DNA from: Halodesulfurarchaeum sp.
Lineage (GTDB): Archaea > Halobacteriota > Halobacteria > Halobacteriales > Halobacteriaceae
Direction of reading: 5' to 3'
Assembly (NCBI GenBank): GCA_034520565.1
Contig: JAXHNL010000002.1
Span: forward strand, 928,001 to 992,000
Length of the DNA stretch: 64,000 bases
The position numbers were made by a program, and so were the translations under genes. The notes beneath the pieces are model-generated. The model was not told the DNA's origin. It was given only the letters and a program-made list of their open reading frames with translations, and made no database searches. Positions 19,825-30,079 of the stretch are shown here, piece by piece. Each line of letters opens with the position of its first letter. Positions within the stretch are counted from its first letter, which is position 1.

Positions 19825-21041
19825 GCCTTGACCTCCGTCGAAGCGGCGGCTCGATCGACGCCGACGGCGGCCGCAAAGCGGTGGAGATCCTCGAGCGTGA
19901 TCGTGTGTTTCTCCGCGGCCCGGTTTTTGACCCGCTCGGTGATCTCCCCGACTTCCTCCTCGGTCGGGGCGTAGCCCGCCTCTTCGAGGTGTTCGCGGAC
20001 CGCGTTCTTGCCGGTGTGCTTGCCCAGGACGATCGCTCGCTGGGCACCGACCATTTCGGGGGTCATGATCCCCGGTTCGAAGGTGTCGGCGTTCTCGATC
20101 ACGCCGGCCGCGTGGATGCCGCTCTCGTGGGAGAAGGCGTTCTCCCCGACGATCGACTTGTTCGGCGGGATCGGCACGCCCGACTTCTCCTCGATGATCG
20201 CCGCGATCTCTGAGATTCGGGTCGTGTCGATGCCGGTGTCCACCCCGTAGATCGACTCCGCGGCCATGACGACCTCCTCGTAGGCGGCGTTGCCGGCCCG
20301 CTCGCCGATGCCGTTGACCGAGACCTGGGCCTGGTCGGCCCCGGCTTCGATGCCGGCGATGGCGTTCGCGGTCGCCATCCCGAAGTCGTCGTGCGTGTGC
20401 ACGTCGATCCGGGCGTCGGTGTGTTGGCCGACGAAGCCGATCAGGTCCGCGAACCGCGAGGGACTCGCGACCCCGGTGGTGTCCGGGATGTTGACCCAAT
20501 CGACGTCGACCTCGTCGACGGCCTCGAGGACGTCGGCCAGGTACTCCCGATCGGTACGCGTGGCGTCCATCGGGGAGAACATGACCTCGGCGTCGCTCGC
20601 CTTGGCCTGTTCGACGGCCGCGACCGAGCGCTCTTTTACCTCCTCGCGGTTGGAGTGCATGGAGTCCTCGATCTGGACGTCGCTGGTGCTCGCGAAGACG
20701 TGGATCATGTCCACGCCCGAGTCGATGGCGGCCTGCACGTCGGACTCGACCACCCGGGCGAGGCCCGCGACCGTCGTCTCCGTAAACTGCGTGATCTCCT
20801 GGATGGCCTCGAACTCCGCGTCGCTGTTGGCCGGGAACCCCGCCTCGATGACGTGGGTCCCCATCTCGTCCAGTACCGTGGCTATCTCTCGCTTGTCCGC
20901 CCTTGAAAAGGAGGTGCGCGGGGTCTGTTCGCCGTCACGTAGGGTCGTATCGAAGATCCGGACCGAGTCGAACTCGCTACGTGTAGCTAACGTGCCCTGG
21001 AAGAACTCGACCGCCCGAGCTTGCGCCGAGCGACTCCTCAC
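19821..21041 (-). CDS. leuA: LeuA-family 2-isopropylmalate/citramalate synthase, short form; start uncertain
   Basis: DTTLRDGEQ, HTHDD, GIGERAGN, AFSHESGIH; about 400 aa with no C-terminal regulatory domain; no in-frame ATG before the catalytic motif (GTG at 21041). Confidence 0.9.
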   Translation of the reverse strand: MRSRSAQARAVEFFQGTLATRSEFDSVRIFDTTLRDGEQTPRTSFSRADKREIATVLDEMGTHVIEAGFPANSDAEFEAIQEITQFTETTVAGLARVVESDVQAAIDSGVDMIHVFASTSDVQIEDSMHSNREEVKERSVAAVEQAKASDAEVMFSPMDATRTDREYLADVLEAVDEVDVDWVNIPDTTGVASPSRFADLIGFVGQHTDARIDVHTHDDFGMATANAIAGIEAGADQAQVSVNGIGERAGNAAYEEVVMAAESIYGVDTGIDTTRISEIAAIIEEKSGVPIPPNKSIVGENAFSHESGIHAAGVIENADTFEPGIMTPEMVGAQRAIVLGKHTGKNAVREHLEEAGYAPTEEEVGEITERVKNRAAEKHTITLEDLHRFAAAVGVDRAAASTEVKA

Positions 21042-21051
21042 TTCGTGTCAT
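20977..21051 (-). CDS. Promoter-proximal uORF MTRSEESLGASSGGRVLPGHVSYT overlapping the leuA 5' end out of frame
   Basis: ATG about 29 nt downstream of TATA-like CTTATCAA (21082-21075); leuA is in the +1 frame relative to it. Confidence 0.5.
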   Translation of the reverse strand: MTRSEESLGASSGGRVLPGHVSYT

Positions 21052-21297
21052 CAAGTACCTCGAACGTCTTGCCGTTGATAAGTCTTCCCTTCGTCGTCGG
21101 TTTCGGTGGTCGGTTGCTCGGGTTTGCGTTTGCGTCCGGTGTAACGGTGCGGCGTGTTCCAGACGGTTCGAGTCATGACACTCCCGGTTCCCGCTGGGGT
21201 CAGGCCCACGATCATTTTCTCCTCCGTGTGGACATTTTCCTCCGGGCGAGGAAGGGTACATTTTTCTCAGGGAGAAGCAAACGTCGCGTCGGAACCG

Positions 21298-22218
21298 ATG
21301 GATGAGGAGGCGTTGATTGACATCGGCCTGTTTCTCGCCTACGCCGTGCTCGGAGCGTCCTCCTTCGTCGGGGCGAAGGCCGGATTACCGTATTTCCCGC
21401 CACTCTTGTTCGGTGCACTCAGGCTCGACCTGGGTGCCGCGTTGCTCGTCGGCTACGTGTATGCGACCCAGTCCTACTGGACACCCAGGACCCGAACGGA
21501 CGTCGTTTCCACGCTGATTACCGGCGTTTTTACCGTCGGCTTGGCGATTCCGTTGTTGTATCTTGGCCAACAGTACGTCACCAGCGGCGTCGGGTCGGTC
21601 GTGTACAGCTTCACTCCCATTTTGACGGGCGTGGCTGCAATCGGACTGTTACCCGGCGTGAAATTCGGTTTCACCGACGCAATCGGCTTTGTTTTCGGAC
21701 TGGTTGGGGTAGCGGTCGTCGCCGGTGTCGACCCGGGGAAATTGGTCACCAGTGACGTGCGCGGGGTCGCACTTATCTTCGGAAGTGCCTTCGTTTTCGC
21801 ACTCGGGAACGTGGTCGTCCAGCGCATTCGGCCGTCGTTACCGAGCCTCACGCTCACCGCCTGGGGGCTGGTCCTCGCCGCGCTCACCAGTCACGCGATG
21901 AGTCTCGCGACAGGTGAATCACTCACAGCAATCCAGTGGACGACACAGGCGTGGCTCGCCCTCATGGTCACGGGCGTTTTTGCGAGTGCGCTTTACTACG
22001 CCATCCACTTCGAGCTGGTGAGTCACATCGGGTCGACGCGGACGAATCTCGTGTACTACCTGATGCCGATCTCGGCGACGATCGCTGGATGGCTGCTGCT
22101 TGCAGAGCAGATCACACTGCCGACGATCACCGGTTTCGGATTGATCTTCGTCGGGTTTGTCTCACTAGAATACCAGTCGTTGCGCGCGGCGGTCCGCCGG
22201 GAATCGGCCGCTGACTGA
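21298..22218 (+). CDS. DMT/EamA-family transporter
   Basis: Ten TM helices in two EamA repeats (PPLLFGALR; LMPISA..GWLLLAE). Confidence 0.88.
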   Translation: MDEEALIDIGLFLAYAVLGASSFVGAKAGLPYFPPLLFGALRLDLGAALLVGYVYATQSYWTPRTRTDVVSTLITGVFTVGLAIPLLYLGQQYVTSGVGSVVYSFTPILTGVAAIGLLPGVKFGFTDAIGFVFGLVGVAVVAGVDPGKLVTSDVRGVALIFGSAFVFALGNVVVQRIRPSLPSLTLTAWGLVLAALTSHAMSLATGESLTAIQWTTQAWLALMVTGVFASALYYAIHFELVSHIGSTRTNLVYYLMPISATIAGWLLLAEQITLPTITGFGLIFVGFVSLEYQSLRAAVRRESAAD

Positions 22219-22305
22219 CTCAACCGCTTCGATACGGGGGTGAGTACGGGGACGTCCCGGTGTCGTGAAAGAGACGTCGAGTAACGGGTCGCCACGTGTC
22301 AGAAA

Positions 22306-22554
22306 TCAAAACCCGTCGACGATCGGGACCTGGTCGGGATCCAGGTCGTCGGACAGGACCAGCTCGTCGACGAGGGCATCGTCATCGACCGTCACCATTC
22401 GCATGCCGTCGCTGAGTTCTCTGACGTCGACGCGGTCGTCGGTAAGCACCGTCCCGGTGAGCAGGAAGAACTGGCCGCTGGTATCGACGGCGAAGAAATT
22501 GCCGTCGTCGTCGGTATACTCGGGATGCAACTGGAAGTGCTGGTCGGCTGCCAT
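22306..22554 (-). CDS. Small acidic hypothetical protein
   Basis: Strongly Asp-rich 82-aa ORF with haloarchaeal composition. Confidence 0.6.
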   Translation of the reverse strand: MAADQHFQLHPEYTDDDGNFFAVDTSGQFFLLTGTVLTDDRVDVRELSDGMRMVTVDDDALVDELVLSDDLDPDQVPIVDGF

Positions 22555-22635
22555 CGTCCCGCGGTTTGCCGGATTTCGGGATAAACGCCTCGTTTGCGAG
22601 TTGCCGTCGCTTGCGGGAGGGGGGCGCTGTCCGCC

Positions 22636-23940
22636 TCAGGTGACCGCGAGCGGATCCTCGAAGAGCCGAAGCGCGACCTTCGAGAGCACGGACACACCGA
22701 TGGGGAGACTGGCCTCTTCAACGTCGAACGTCGGCGTGTGATAGTCCCCGGGGTGGGTCGTTCCGATCCCAATGAGCGTGCCGTACCCCCCGCTGTCGCT
22801 GACGGCCTCGAGCAGATACGTGACGTCCTCGCTGGATCCCATCTCCATCCATGGGGTCACCTCGGAAACGCCGTCGACCTCGCCCGCGATTTCGGTCACC
22901 AGTTCGACCAACGCGTCGTCCGAATCGTGTCTGATCGATTGCCCGATCGTTCCGTACTCGACGGTGCACTCGTGCATGTCGGCGGCGGATTCGAGGATCC
23001 GCTTGACGTTCGCTCGCATGTATTCCATCAACTCGGTCGTCTCCCCGCGAACCTCGACTTCCGCCCGCACGCGATCGGCGATGACGTTCGTTCCGTTCTC
23101 CGAGGAGACCTGCCCGACGTTGATTCGAGTCGAGCCCTCCCGGTGCCGCGGAATTCCATAGAGGTTTTGGCCGGCCGCGAGGAAGGCCTGGAGGGCGTTT
23201 TCGCCCTCGTTCGGCGCGAGTCCGGCGTGGGCCTGTGTCCCCTCGAACTCGAATTCCATTCGATTGAGTGCGAGGGCCCCACGTGCTCCCGCGACGACCG
23301 CCCCGGTCGGCTGGCCCAGTCCGACGTGGGTCCCGAGCATGTAATCCACGTCCGCGACGTGCGGGCCGTTGGCCATCGCCTTCCCGCCACCGAGCAATTC
23401 CTCTGCAGGCTGGAAGAATACCGTGAACGTGCCCTCGAAGTCACTGTTCGCGAGCGTCTCGATGGTTCCGAGCCCGAACGTGATGTGTGCGTCGTGGCCA
23501 CAGGCGTGCATGTAGCCCTCGTTCTCCGATCGAAACCCCGCCGAAGCGGGGACGTGATCCGGATCCGTGGATTCCGTGACCGGGAGGGCGTCGATATCCA
23601 CCCGGAGGCCGACGGTTGGCCCGTCGCCCCGCTCGAGGACGGCCACGACGCCCGTCTTTCCGCCTTTGATCGCATCGAAAACCGCAGACGTGCCTTCGTA
23701 GCGATCCCTGGCCTTCGTGAACCATTTCTCGAGTTCCGCTGCATCCGGGACGCCGAGTCGCTGTGCGGGGTCGAGGGCGTCGGCGCCCACGAAAATCTCG
23801 TCGACGCCGATGGACTCGAGTTCGTCGACGATTCGGACTGTCGTGAGAAACTCCCGCCACCCGGGTTCGGGATATCGATGGAAGGATCTCCGAAGGTCGA
23901 GGAGTCGACTCCGGTCCGGTGTCGTATCGCCACCTGTCAT
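22636..23940 (-). CDS. M20D amidohydrolase (AbgA-like)
   Basis: LRRSFHRYPEPGWREF, RVDIDALP, MHACGHDAH, FQPAEE, SED, YHTPTFD. Confidence 0.92.
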   Translation of the reverse strand: MTGGDTTPDRSRLLDLRRSFHRYPEPGWREFLTTVRIVDELESIGVDEIFVGADALDPAQRLGVPDAAELEKWFTKARDRYEGTSAVFDAIKGGKTGVVAVLERGDGPTVGLRVDIDALPVTESTDPDHVPASAGFRSENEGYMHACGHDAHITFGLGTIETLANSDFEGTFTVFFQPAEELLGGGKAMANGPHVADVDYMLGTHVGLGQPTGAVVAGARGALALNRMEFEFEGTQAHAGLAPNEGENALQAFLAAGQNLYGIPRHREGSTRINVGQVSSENGTNVIADRVRAEVEVRGETTELMEYMRANVKRILESAADMHECTVEYGTIGQSIRHDSDDALVELVTEIAGEVDGVSEVTPWMEMGSSEDVTYLLEAVSDSGGYGTLIGIGTTHPGDYHTPTFDVEEASLPIGVSVLSKVALRLFEDPLAVT

Positions 23941-24116
23941 ACGTTGGTGGTAGGCGGCGTCGCTTCGAAGTACCTTTTCCCCGTTACAGGCAGTTTGATG
24001 GCTCGAATCCGATATCATCGGGACGGCACAGACGATTCGTCCACGTTTGCAAGTTCCATCGAGCCACTCAATCGTTATGAGGTTGCGTACCAATACTATA
24101 CGCAAATGACGGGTTC

Positions 24117-26408
24117 ATGAATCCACCAGGAGAGCCAATCCGCGTTCTGCTCGTGGACGAGGACGCGGATTTCGCGGACATGGCCGCGACGATTCTGGAG
24201 CAGAACGAACGATTCGTCGTTGTGACAGCAAGCAGCGCGAAAGAGGGACGTTCTCACCTCGACGAAGCCGATGTTGACTGTATCGTCTCGGACTACAAGA
24301 TGCCCGAACAGAACGGCATCGAATTTCTCGAAGCCGTCCGCGAGAACCATCCCGACCTCCCGTTTATCCTCTTCACTGGCAAAGGGTCCGAGGAAGTCGC
24401 CAGCGAGGCACTCTCTGCCGGGGCGACGGATTACCTCCAAAAACGAGCCGGAACCGAACAGTACGACCTGCTTGCAAACCGCATACGAAATGCCGTCGAT
24501 CAGTATCGGTCGACCGAACGGACACGAGATCTCGAACGAATCCGCACCCTCATCTCCGATATAACCCAGGAGCTCGTCCATGCCGAGGCGCAGTCGGTTC
24601 TTGAACAACGGGTCTGTGAACGGTTCACCGCCGCAGAGCCCTATCGGTTCGCCTGGATCGGTGAGATCGACGAGGAGGACGATATCGTATGGCCACGCAC
24701 GTGGGCTGGGATCGAGCGGGGGTATCTCGACGACCTCGAAATCGCCATCGACGACTCCCCGGAAGGGCGGGGACCAACCGGTGAAGCGGTAAAATCGGGG
24801 ACAATCGCCGTCCAGCAGAATATCTCCGAAGACGACGAGTACGAACCGTGGCGGGAGGAGGCCATAAAACGAGGATATCAGTCGAGTGCCGCCGTCCCAC
24901 TCGTTCGGAATGACATCTGGTATGGCGTTCTCAACGTGTATGCCAATCGTTCATATGCGTTCGATGACCAGGAACGCGACTTGCTCGCGGAGTTAGGAGA
25001 CGACATCGCACACGCGCTCGCCCGGATCGAGAACGAGCGCGAACTTCACCGATACGAGGCCGCAGTCGAAGGGGCCACGGACATGTTAGTGGCCGCGGAC
25101 GGGGACCGACGCGTTCTCTTCGCAAACGAGCACTTCCGAGAGCGCTTCGGGCGACCCGTGGGTGACCTGTGTGGAACTCACCTCCGAGAAATCGTTGGAG
25201 CGGTGGAATTCGAGGAACTCGAACCGCTGTTCGAACGGAGCCTCGATGGGGAACGAGTCCAATTCATTCGGGATATATCGACTGACGGGGATGAAACTCG
25301 CATCCTCGATGTTCACTTTTACCCGCTTTTGAAACGTTCAGGAGATGAAATTACGGGGGTCGTGGCGTCACTGCGGGACGTGACGACACACGAACTGCAA
25401 AAGCGAAAACTGCGCGAGTTCAAGCAAGCGGTGGATGCGGCGGGACAGGCCATCTATATGACCGATCCTGCTGGAGATATCACGTACGCAAATCGGGGCT
25501 TCGAAGGTATTACCGGATACTCGCCGGAGGAGGCCATCGGACGGAATCCGCGTCTCCTCAAATCGGACAAGATGCCGGACGGGTACTTCCAGGGTCTCTG
25601 GGAGAGCATTACGAGTGGCGATATCTGGGATGGTGAAGTCGTCAATCGTCGGAAGAACGGTGAGTTATATTACGCTCATTTGACAGTGGCTCCAGTCACG
25701 AACGATACGGATGACATCGAGGCCTACGTCGCCATCCAGACGGATCTCACGGAGCGCAAGGAGCGCGAGGACCACTTGCTCGCCCTCGATCGGATGCTTC
25801 GCCATAATCTCAACAACGAGTTGAATGTCGTCCTGGGACGAGCGTCGATGATCGAAGAAGCGGGGTCCGGGAACGTTGGGGACTACGCAGAAGCGATTAT
25901 TGAAGCGAGCAATCGGCTGCTCGTGCAGGCAACCAAAGAACGCGAGATCGTGCGAATACTTACCGAGCCACGGACGCCGACATCGCTCGATCTCACCCAA
26001 CTCATTCGGTCCATTACAGCGCGGCTGCAGGAGGAGTATCCTGCGGCGGGGTTCGAACTCGACCTGCCTGCCGAACTGGAGATATCCACCATCCCCGAAA
26101 TCGAACGTGCCATCGAAGAGTTACTCCACAATGCCATGGTTCATGCAGCGGACGGGAAACCGACGGCTCGAATCGCCGTGACCGAAGCCGAAGGCAGCAT
26201 CGAAATCGAAATCGAGGATAGCAATCCCACAATTCCGCCCGAGGAGCGGGCGGTTCTTTTGGGTGACAGCCACATCGACGCGCTGACGCACACGAGCGGA
26301 ATGGGGTTGTGGCTCGTGAAGCGTATCCTCACCCGAGCGGGTGGGAAACTGACATTTGATAGTAACGGATCGAGCGGAAACCGGATCACCGTCGTGCTCC
26401 CCACCTGA
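24117..26408 (+). CDS. Hybrid sensor histidine kinase (REC-GAF-PAS-PAS-HisKA/HATPase)
   Basis: REC (CIVSDYKMP), GAF (FAWIG, SSAAVPL), PAS (ITGYSPEEAIGRNPRLL), H-box LRHNLNN, GMGLWLV. Confidence 0.9.
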   Translation: MNPPGEPIRVLLVDEDADFADMAATILEQNERFVVVTASSAKEGRSHLDEADVDCIVSDYKMPEQNGIEFLEAVRENHPDLPFILFTGKGSEEVASEALSAGATDYLQKRAGTEQYDLLANRIRNAVDQYRSTERTRDLERIRTLISDITQELVHAEAQSVLEQRVCERFTAAEPYRFAWIGEIDEEDDIVWPRTWAGIERGYLDDLEIAIDDSPEGRGPTGEAVKSGTIAVQQNISEDDEYEPWREEAIKRGYQSSAAVPLVRNDIWYGVLNVYANRSYAFDDQERDLLAELGDDIAHALARIENERELHRYEAAVEGATDMLVAADGDRRVLFANEHFRERFGRPVGDLCGTHLREIVGAVEFEELEPLFERSLDGERVQFIRDISTDGDETRILDVHFYPLLKRSGDEITGVVASLRDVTTHELQKRKLREFKQAVDAAGQAIYMTDPAGDITYANRGFEGITGYSPEEAIGRNPRLLKSDKMPDGYFQGLWESITSGDIWDGEVVNRRKNGELYYAHLTVAPVTNDTDDIEAYVAIQTDLTERKEREDHLLALDRMLRHNLNNELNVVLGRASMIEEAGSGNVGDYAEAIIEASNRLLVQATKEREIVRILTEPRTPTSLDLTQLIRSITARLQEEYPAAGFELDLPAELEISTIPEIERAIEELLHNAMVHAADGKPTARIAVTEAEGSIEIEIEDSNPTIPPEERAVLLGDSHIDALTHTSGMGLWLVKRILTRAGGKLTFDSNGSSGNRITVVLPT

Positions 26409-26787
26409 CTGATGCATATCACCTCTCGGTCAGCATTCTCCCGAGTTTCGAGGGAAATCGGTCGGGAGTCGGCGTCTGTTGTGGTACCCAATGACCGATC
26501 AGCGTGATGTATCCAGTACGAAAACTGAGAATCGTTCGTTCTATCGATTATGGCGTGCACGATACTGAGGCAATCTTGCACGAGACGTTCGAATAGCAGA
26601 CAGACACGGGTCTCGCTCAAACCGGCAAGTGCGTTTCCGAGAAAATTGCCCCGAGTCACAGTTCGAGTCGACTGGGTGGAGTGTGGTCGGCGACGGTACG
26701 GGCTCGTGGAGACGGACGACGGAATTCGACGCGACAATACGGTCTGTGTGTCGGAACGTTCTTTTTGTTGGCGCGACCACATGTGGT

Positions 26788-27375
26788 ATGTCCTCGTCAG
26801 ATCACCTTGACGACCTTCCGGTCATCGAGAGCGCTCTCGCTGGCGCCGCCGCGTGGATGGCCGGCTATGTCCTCACAGCCCTCATCGTCCTCGCTCGGAT
26901 GGGAGACACACAACTGGGCGAGATAGCTGACGGCGTCGGCGACGGTGGCAGCGGCATCGACTTCGTCGGCTGGGTGTTCTTCAATAGCCACTTCGTCGAT
27001 ACGGTCATCGAGGCTGGCTTCCTCGGAGTGGGCGGATCGAACGCGGTGTCGTTTATCGGCGGTGACGGGTTTACGCCGCTTCTGTACCTGATTCCGGTGG
27101 CGCTTTTGGTCGGTGCCGGACTGGCCGTCGGTCGCTCGCTCGGTATCACCGAGACTGACGACGGAGCGGTCGCCGGCGCACTCGTCGCCCTGCCGTATCT
27201 GGTGCTGTCGGCAGTTGGCGCGATGGTGTTCCGTGTCTCGACGGAAGCGCTCGGTAGCAGTTTCAGCGGCCAACCCGATCTCCTGCCGGCGATTCTTCTG
27301 GCAGGACTCGTGTTCCCCGCCGTCTTCGGCGCTATTGGTGGTATCGTCGCCGCGAACACCGGGACGGGACGATAG
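26788..27375 (+). CDS. Hypothetical membrane protein
   Basis: About five TM helices; VGWVFFNSHFV, LAGLVFPAVFGAIGG. Confidence 0.75.
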   Translation: MSSSDHLDDLPVIESALAGAAAWMAGYVLTALIVLARMGDTQLGEIADGVGDGGSGIDFVGWVFFNSHFVDTVIEAGFLGVGGSNAVSFIGGDGFTPLLYLIPVALLVGAGLAVGRSLGITETDDGAVAGALVALPYLVLSAVGAMVFRVSTEALGSSFSGQPDLLPAILLAGLVFPAVFGAIGGIVAANTGTGR

Positions 27376-27705
27376 TGGGCGGTTCGGCTCACTGAGTCAC
27401 TGGGCGAAGCGATAGAGACAGGGGCAGGCAAACGGGTTCTGCTGACCGATTCGTGCATCAAGACGCGGGAGGACACTCCCTCTCGACCTGGCTCGGCCGG
27501 TTCCGGATTCGAAATCGGCGGATCACCTGCTGGATATGTGCCCCGAAATCCGCACGACCACACAAACTCCCACCAGTGACGAACGCCGGTCGTCACGCTG
27601 CGAGTGGATTCCCGAGTACCGAATACGAAATTCCGAATGGCCCCAGTCGGTGTTCCAGACACCGGGACCAACACGGCTTTGAGACCGGCCATCTTCCCCC
27701 CGAAC

Positions 27706-28365
27706 ATGTCGGCGGATGACATGCCGTGGTACCTCGCTCCCTTGCCGCGGCAGATCGAAGACTTGGCCCTCCGGCTGGCGGTCCCCATTGCGCTGATCAA
27801 CCTCGCCGGGACCGCCTTTGGCTTCTGGTACTACCAGTACCAGTTTGCCCTGACGCCGATGGTCGCCTGGCCGCTGGTTCCGGACAGTCCGCTTGCGACC
27901 ATGTTCGTCGCCTTCTCGCTTCTTGCCTACCGGTTCGGCTACGAGGCCGACTGGCTCCACGCCCTCGCCTTCTTCGGGGCGCTCAAACTGGGCCTCTGGA
28001 CGCCGTTCGTCCAGCTGTTCCTCAACGGCCCCGAGGGGATCGCCGCGTGGCTCTACGTCTTCTTGATACTGAGCCACCTCGCCATGGCCGCCGAGGCGTT
28101 CGTCATCCACCGCTATGCCACCTTTTCGATTCCGGCGGTCGCGGTGGCGACTTTCTGGTACGGTCTCAACGACGTCGTCGATTACTTCGTGCCGGTCGCC
28201 GGACAGGTCCATCACACCCTCATTCGAGCCGAACAGGTCGTCGGCGGGTTCAGCCACGACCTCCCGGCTCATGACTTCGCTGCGGCCGCAGCGGTCGTGT
28301 TGACCCTGCTGGCGACGTTTCTCGCACTCTCGACCCGGATCTCCGAACTCGAAGGCTCGAGGTGA
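27706..28365 (+). CDS. DUF1405 family membrane protein
   Basis: INLAGTAFGFWYY, VPDSPLAT, KLGLWT, SHLAM, NDVVDY. Confidence 0.85.
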   Translation: MSADDMPWYLAPLPRQIEDLALRLAVPIALINLAGTAFGFWYYQYQFALTPMVAWPLVPDSPLATMFVAFSLLAYRFGYEADWLHALAFFGALKLGLWTPFVQLFLNGPEGIAAWLYVFLILSHLAMAAEAFVIHRYATFSIPAVAVATFWYGLNDVVDYFVPVAGQVHHTLIRAEQVVGGFSHDLPAHDFAAAAAVVLTLLATFLALSTRISELEGSR

Positions 28366-28448
28366 CCGGACCACCAGCCGAACCGAGATCGAAGCGGAAG
28401 CGTTTGGGTGCCGGAGGTTCAAGTACTAGAACGAAGCAATCGCCGCTC

Positions 28449-28976
28449 GTGACCCGGGGCTCGCGGACGGACCGGGCCCACCCACGACCGGCGAGAAACC
28501 CATGTCCAACACTTCGCGAACCGACCCGATGGCTGTTCGACGGCAGCGACCCCCGGGGCGATCTCCCCACAGCCGAGGCCGACGCGGTCGAATCCATGCG
28601 GATCGAGTACGAAGAACCGCTGTACGCACCCCTTCCCGAGACGGCGGTGGAGGCCGTCCGGGAGCTGTTCCGGGGGTTTCACGCCCACACGCCGTACCGA
28701 CGACTTGCCACGATCGAACAGGCAGACGATCAGACGATCCTCGTCACCGGGGAGAAGCGATCGAGCAAAAGCGACGCCGATGGGTTCGAACCCCACATCC
28801 ACGATCGGGACGTCGAGGCGATGCAGTCCGAACTGACCGACTTTTTCGGCCCGCTCTGGCGCGTTCGACGCCGGTCGGGAGCCGCGGGACGGGACCCGAT
28901 CGAGGGTCGGGTGGTCATCCGTCGCGTCGTCGGTCGACGGTTTCACCATCCCGGGACCGAAGGTGATCGACAATGA
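28449..28976 (+). CDS. Hypothetical protein, first gene of the AAA/VWA operon; start uncertain (28362, 28449 or 28596)
   Basis: Stop overlaps the AAA ATG (ATGA); TATA-like TTCAAGTA about 25-30 nt upstream of GTG 28449. Confidence 0.55.
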   Translation: MTRGSRTDRAHPRPARNPCPTLREPTRWLFDGSDPRGDLPTAEADAVESMRIEYEEPLYAPLPETAVEAVRELFRGFHAHTPYRRLATIEQADDQTILVTGEKRSSKSDADGFEPHIHDRDVEAMQSELTDFFGPLWRVRRRSGAAGRDPIEGRVVIRRVVGRRFHHPGTEGDRQ

Positions 28977-30043
28977 CCGATTCGGGGGAGGAACCGAGGG
29001 AGACCGTACCGACCTGGACCGAGGACGAGGCGTATTACGATCTCGACGGGTTGCGGGTCGACGTCGATCCCGACCGACTGCTCGCCGGGCGGCCCACGGG
29101 CAAATCGCATGCCGGACTCCGCGTGCTCACGGACGACCATCCGGCCGTGCCCGAAATCGAGGTCCCCTACTTCCCCGCGCCACTGGATGGGGTCCCTCGT
29201 AACACCGAGGAGACGTTCTTCCGGGCGCTGTCGCTCGACAAACCGGTCATTCTCGAGGGCGAGGCCGGGACGGGGAAGAACCACCTCGTTCGGTCCGTCG
29301 CGTCGACGGTCAATCTCCCCGTCTACCGCCAGGAGTTCGGTGCGGACACCTCCGTGCTGGACGTCGTCGGGGAGAAGGACCTCGACGGGCAGGGTGGTAC
29401 CTACTACATCCTCGGGCAGGCCGCGAAGGCCGCGATCTTCGGCGGGATCTACGTCGCCGACGAACTCAACATGGCCAGCGGGTCGGTCACCGCCTCTCTC
29501 CACCCCCTGTACGAGGACCGGGGCAAGCGGGAACTGCACCTGCGCGGGGTTGGGCGCACGCTCAGAGACCTGCCCGCCGGCGAGGAGTGGGACCCCGAAA
29601 CACACCTCGGGCGATACATCCATCCCGACTTCCACGCGACGGCGACGATGAACCCCCTCCACTACGCCGACACCGCCGAACTCAACGACGCCCTCCGCTC
29701 TCGGTGTGTCGTGATCGAACACCCGTATCTCGCCGCGAGCGAGGACGACGAGGCCGGGATCGAGACCGAGGTGGAACTGCTCAAGACCGAAACCGGCGCG
29801 ACAGACGAGGGTCGGTTGCGCGATCTGGTCCGCTTTGCCGCGGTCCTCCGGGAAGCCAGGCGAGAGGCAAACGCCATCACCACGCCGATCGGGCACCGGG
29901 AACTTCGGGACACCGTCGAGATGGCCGGTCCGGACGAGGAATTTATGGCCTACGGCGAGGCCGCTCGCGTGAAGTTCGTCGGCCAGGCGGCCTTGAAAAG
30001 CGACAAACAGTTCATCAGGGACGCGATCACCGACGAACTCTGA
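28973..30043 (+). CDS. MoxR-type (CbbQ/NorQ/CobS-like) AAA+ ATPase
   Basis: Walker A GEAGTGKN, Walker B YVADELN, sensor-1 TMNP, Arg finger LNDALRSRC. Confidence 0.9.
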   Translation: MTDSGEEPRETVPTWTEDEAYYDLDGLRVDVDPDRLLAGRPTGKSHAGLRVLTDDHPAVPEIEVPYFPAPLDGVPRNTEETFFRALSLDKPVILEGEAGTGKNHLVRSVASTVNLPVYRQEFGADTSVLDVVGEKDLDGQGGTYYILGQAAKAAIFGGIYVADELNMASGSVTASLHPLYEDRGKRELHLRGVGRTLRDLPAGEEWDPETHLGRYIHPDFHATATMNPLHYADTAELNDALRSRCVVIEHPYLAASEDDEAGIETEVELLKTETGATDEGRLRDLVRFAAVLREARREANAITTPIGHRELRDTVEMAGPDEEFMAYGEAARVKFVGQAALKSDKQFIRDAITDEL

Positions 30044-30079
30044 CCGTGGCCGCGGCACTGCTGTGCCGTCTTTCCCATC

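Noticed and set aside
27510-27530. GGATCACCT resembling the 16S rRNA 3' end
   Set aside because: Only 9 nt, with no other rRNA-like sequence nearby
28973-30043. GvpN or cobaltochelatase CobS assignment
   Set aside because: No gas-vesicle or cobN genes are in the window; only the general MoxR class can be supported
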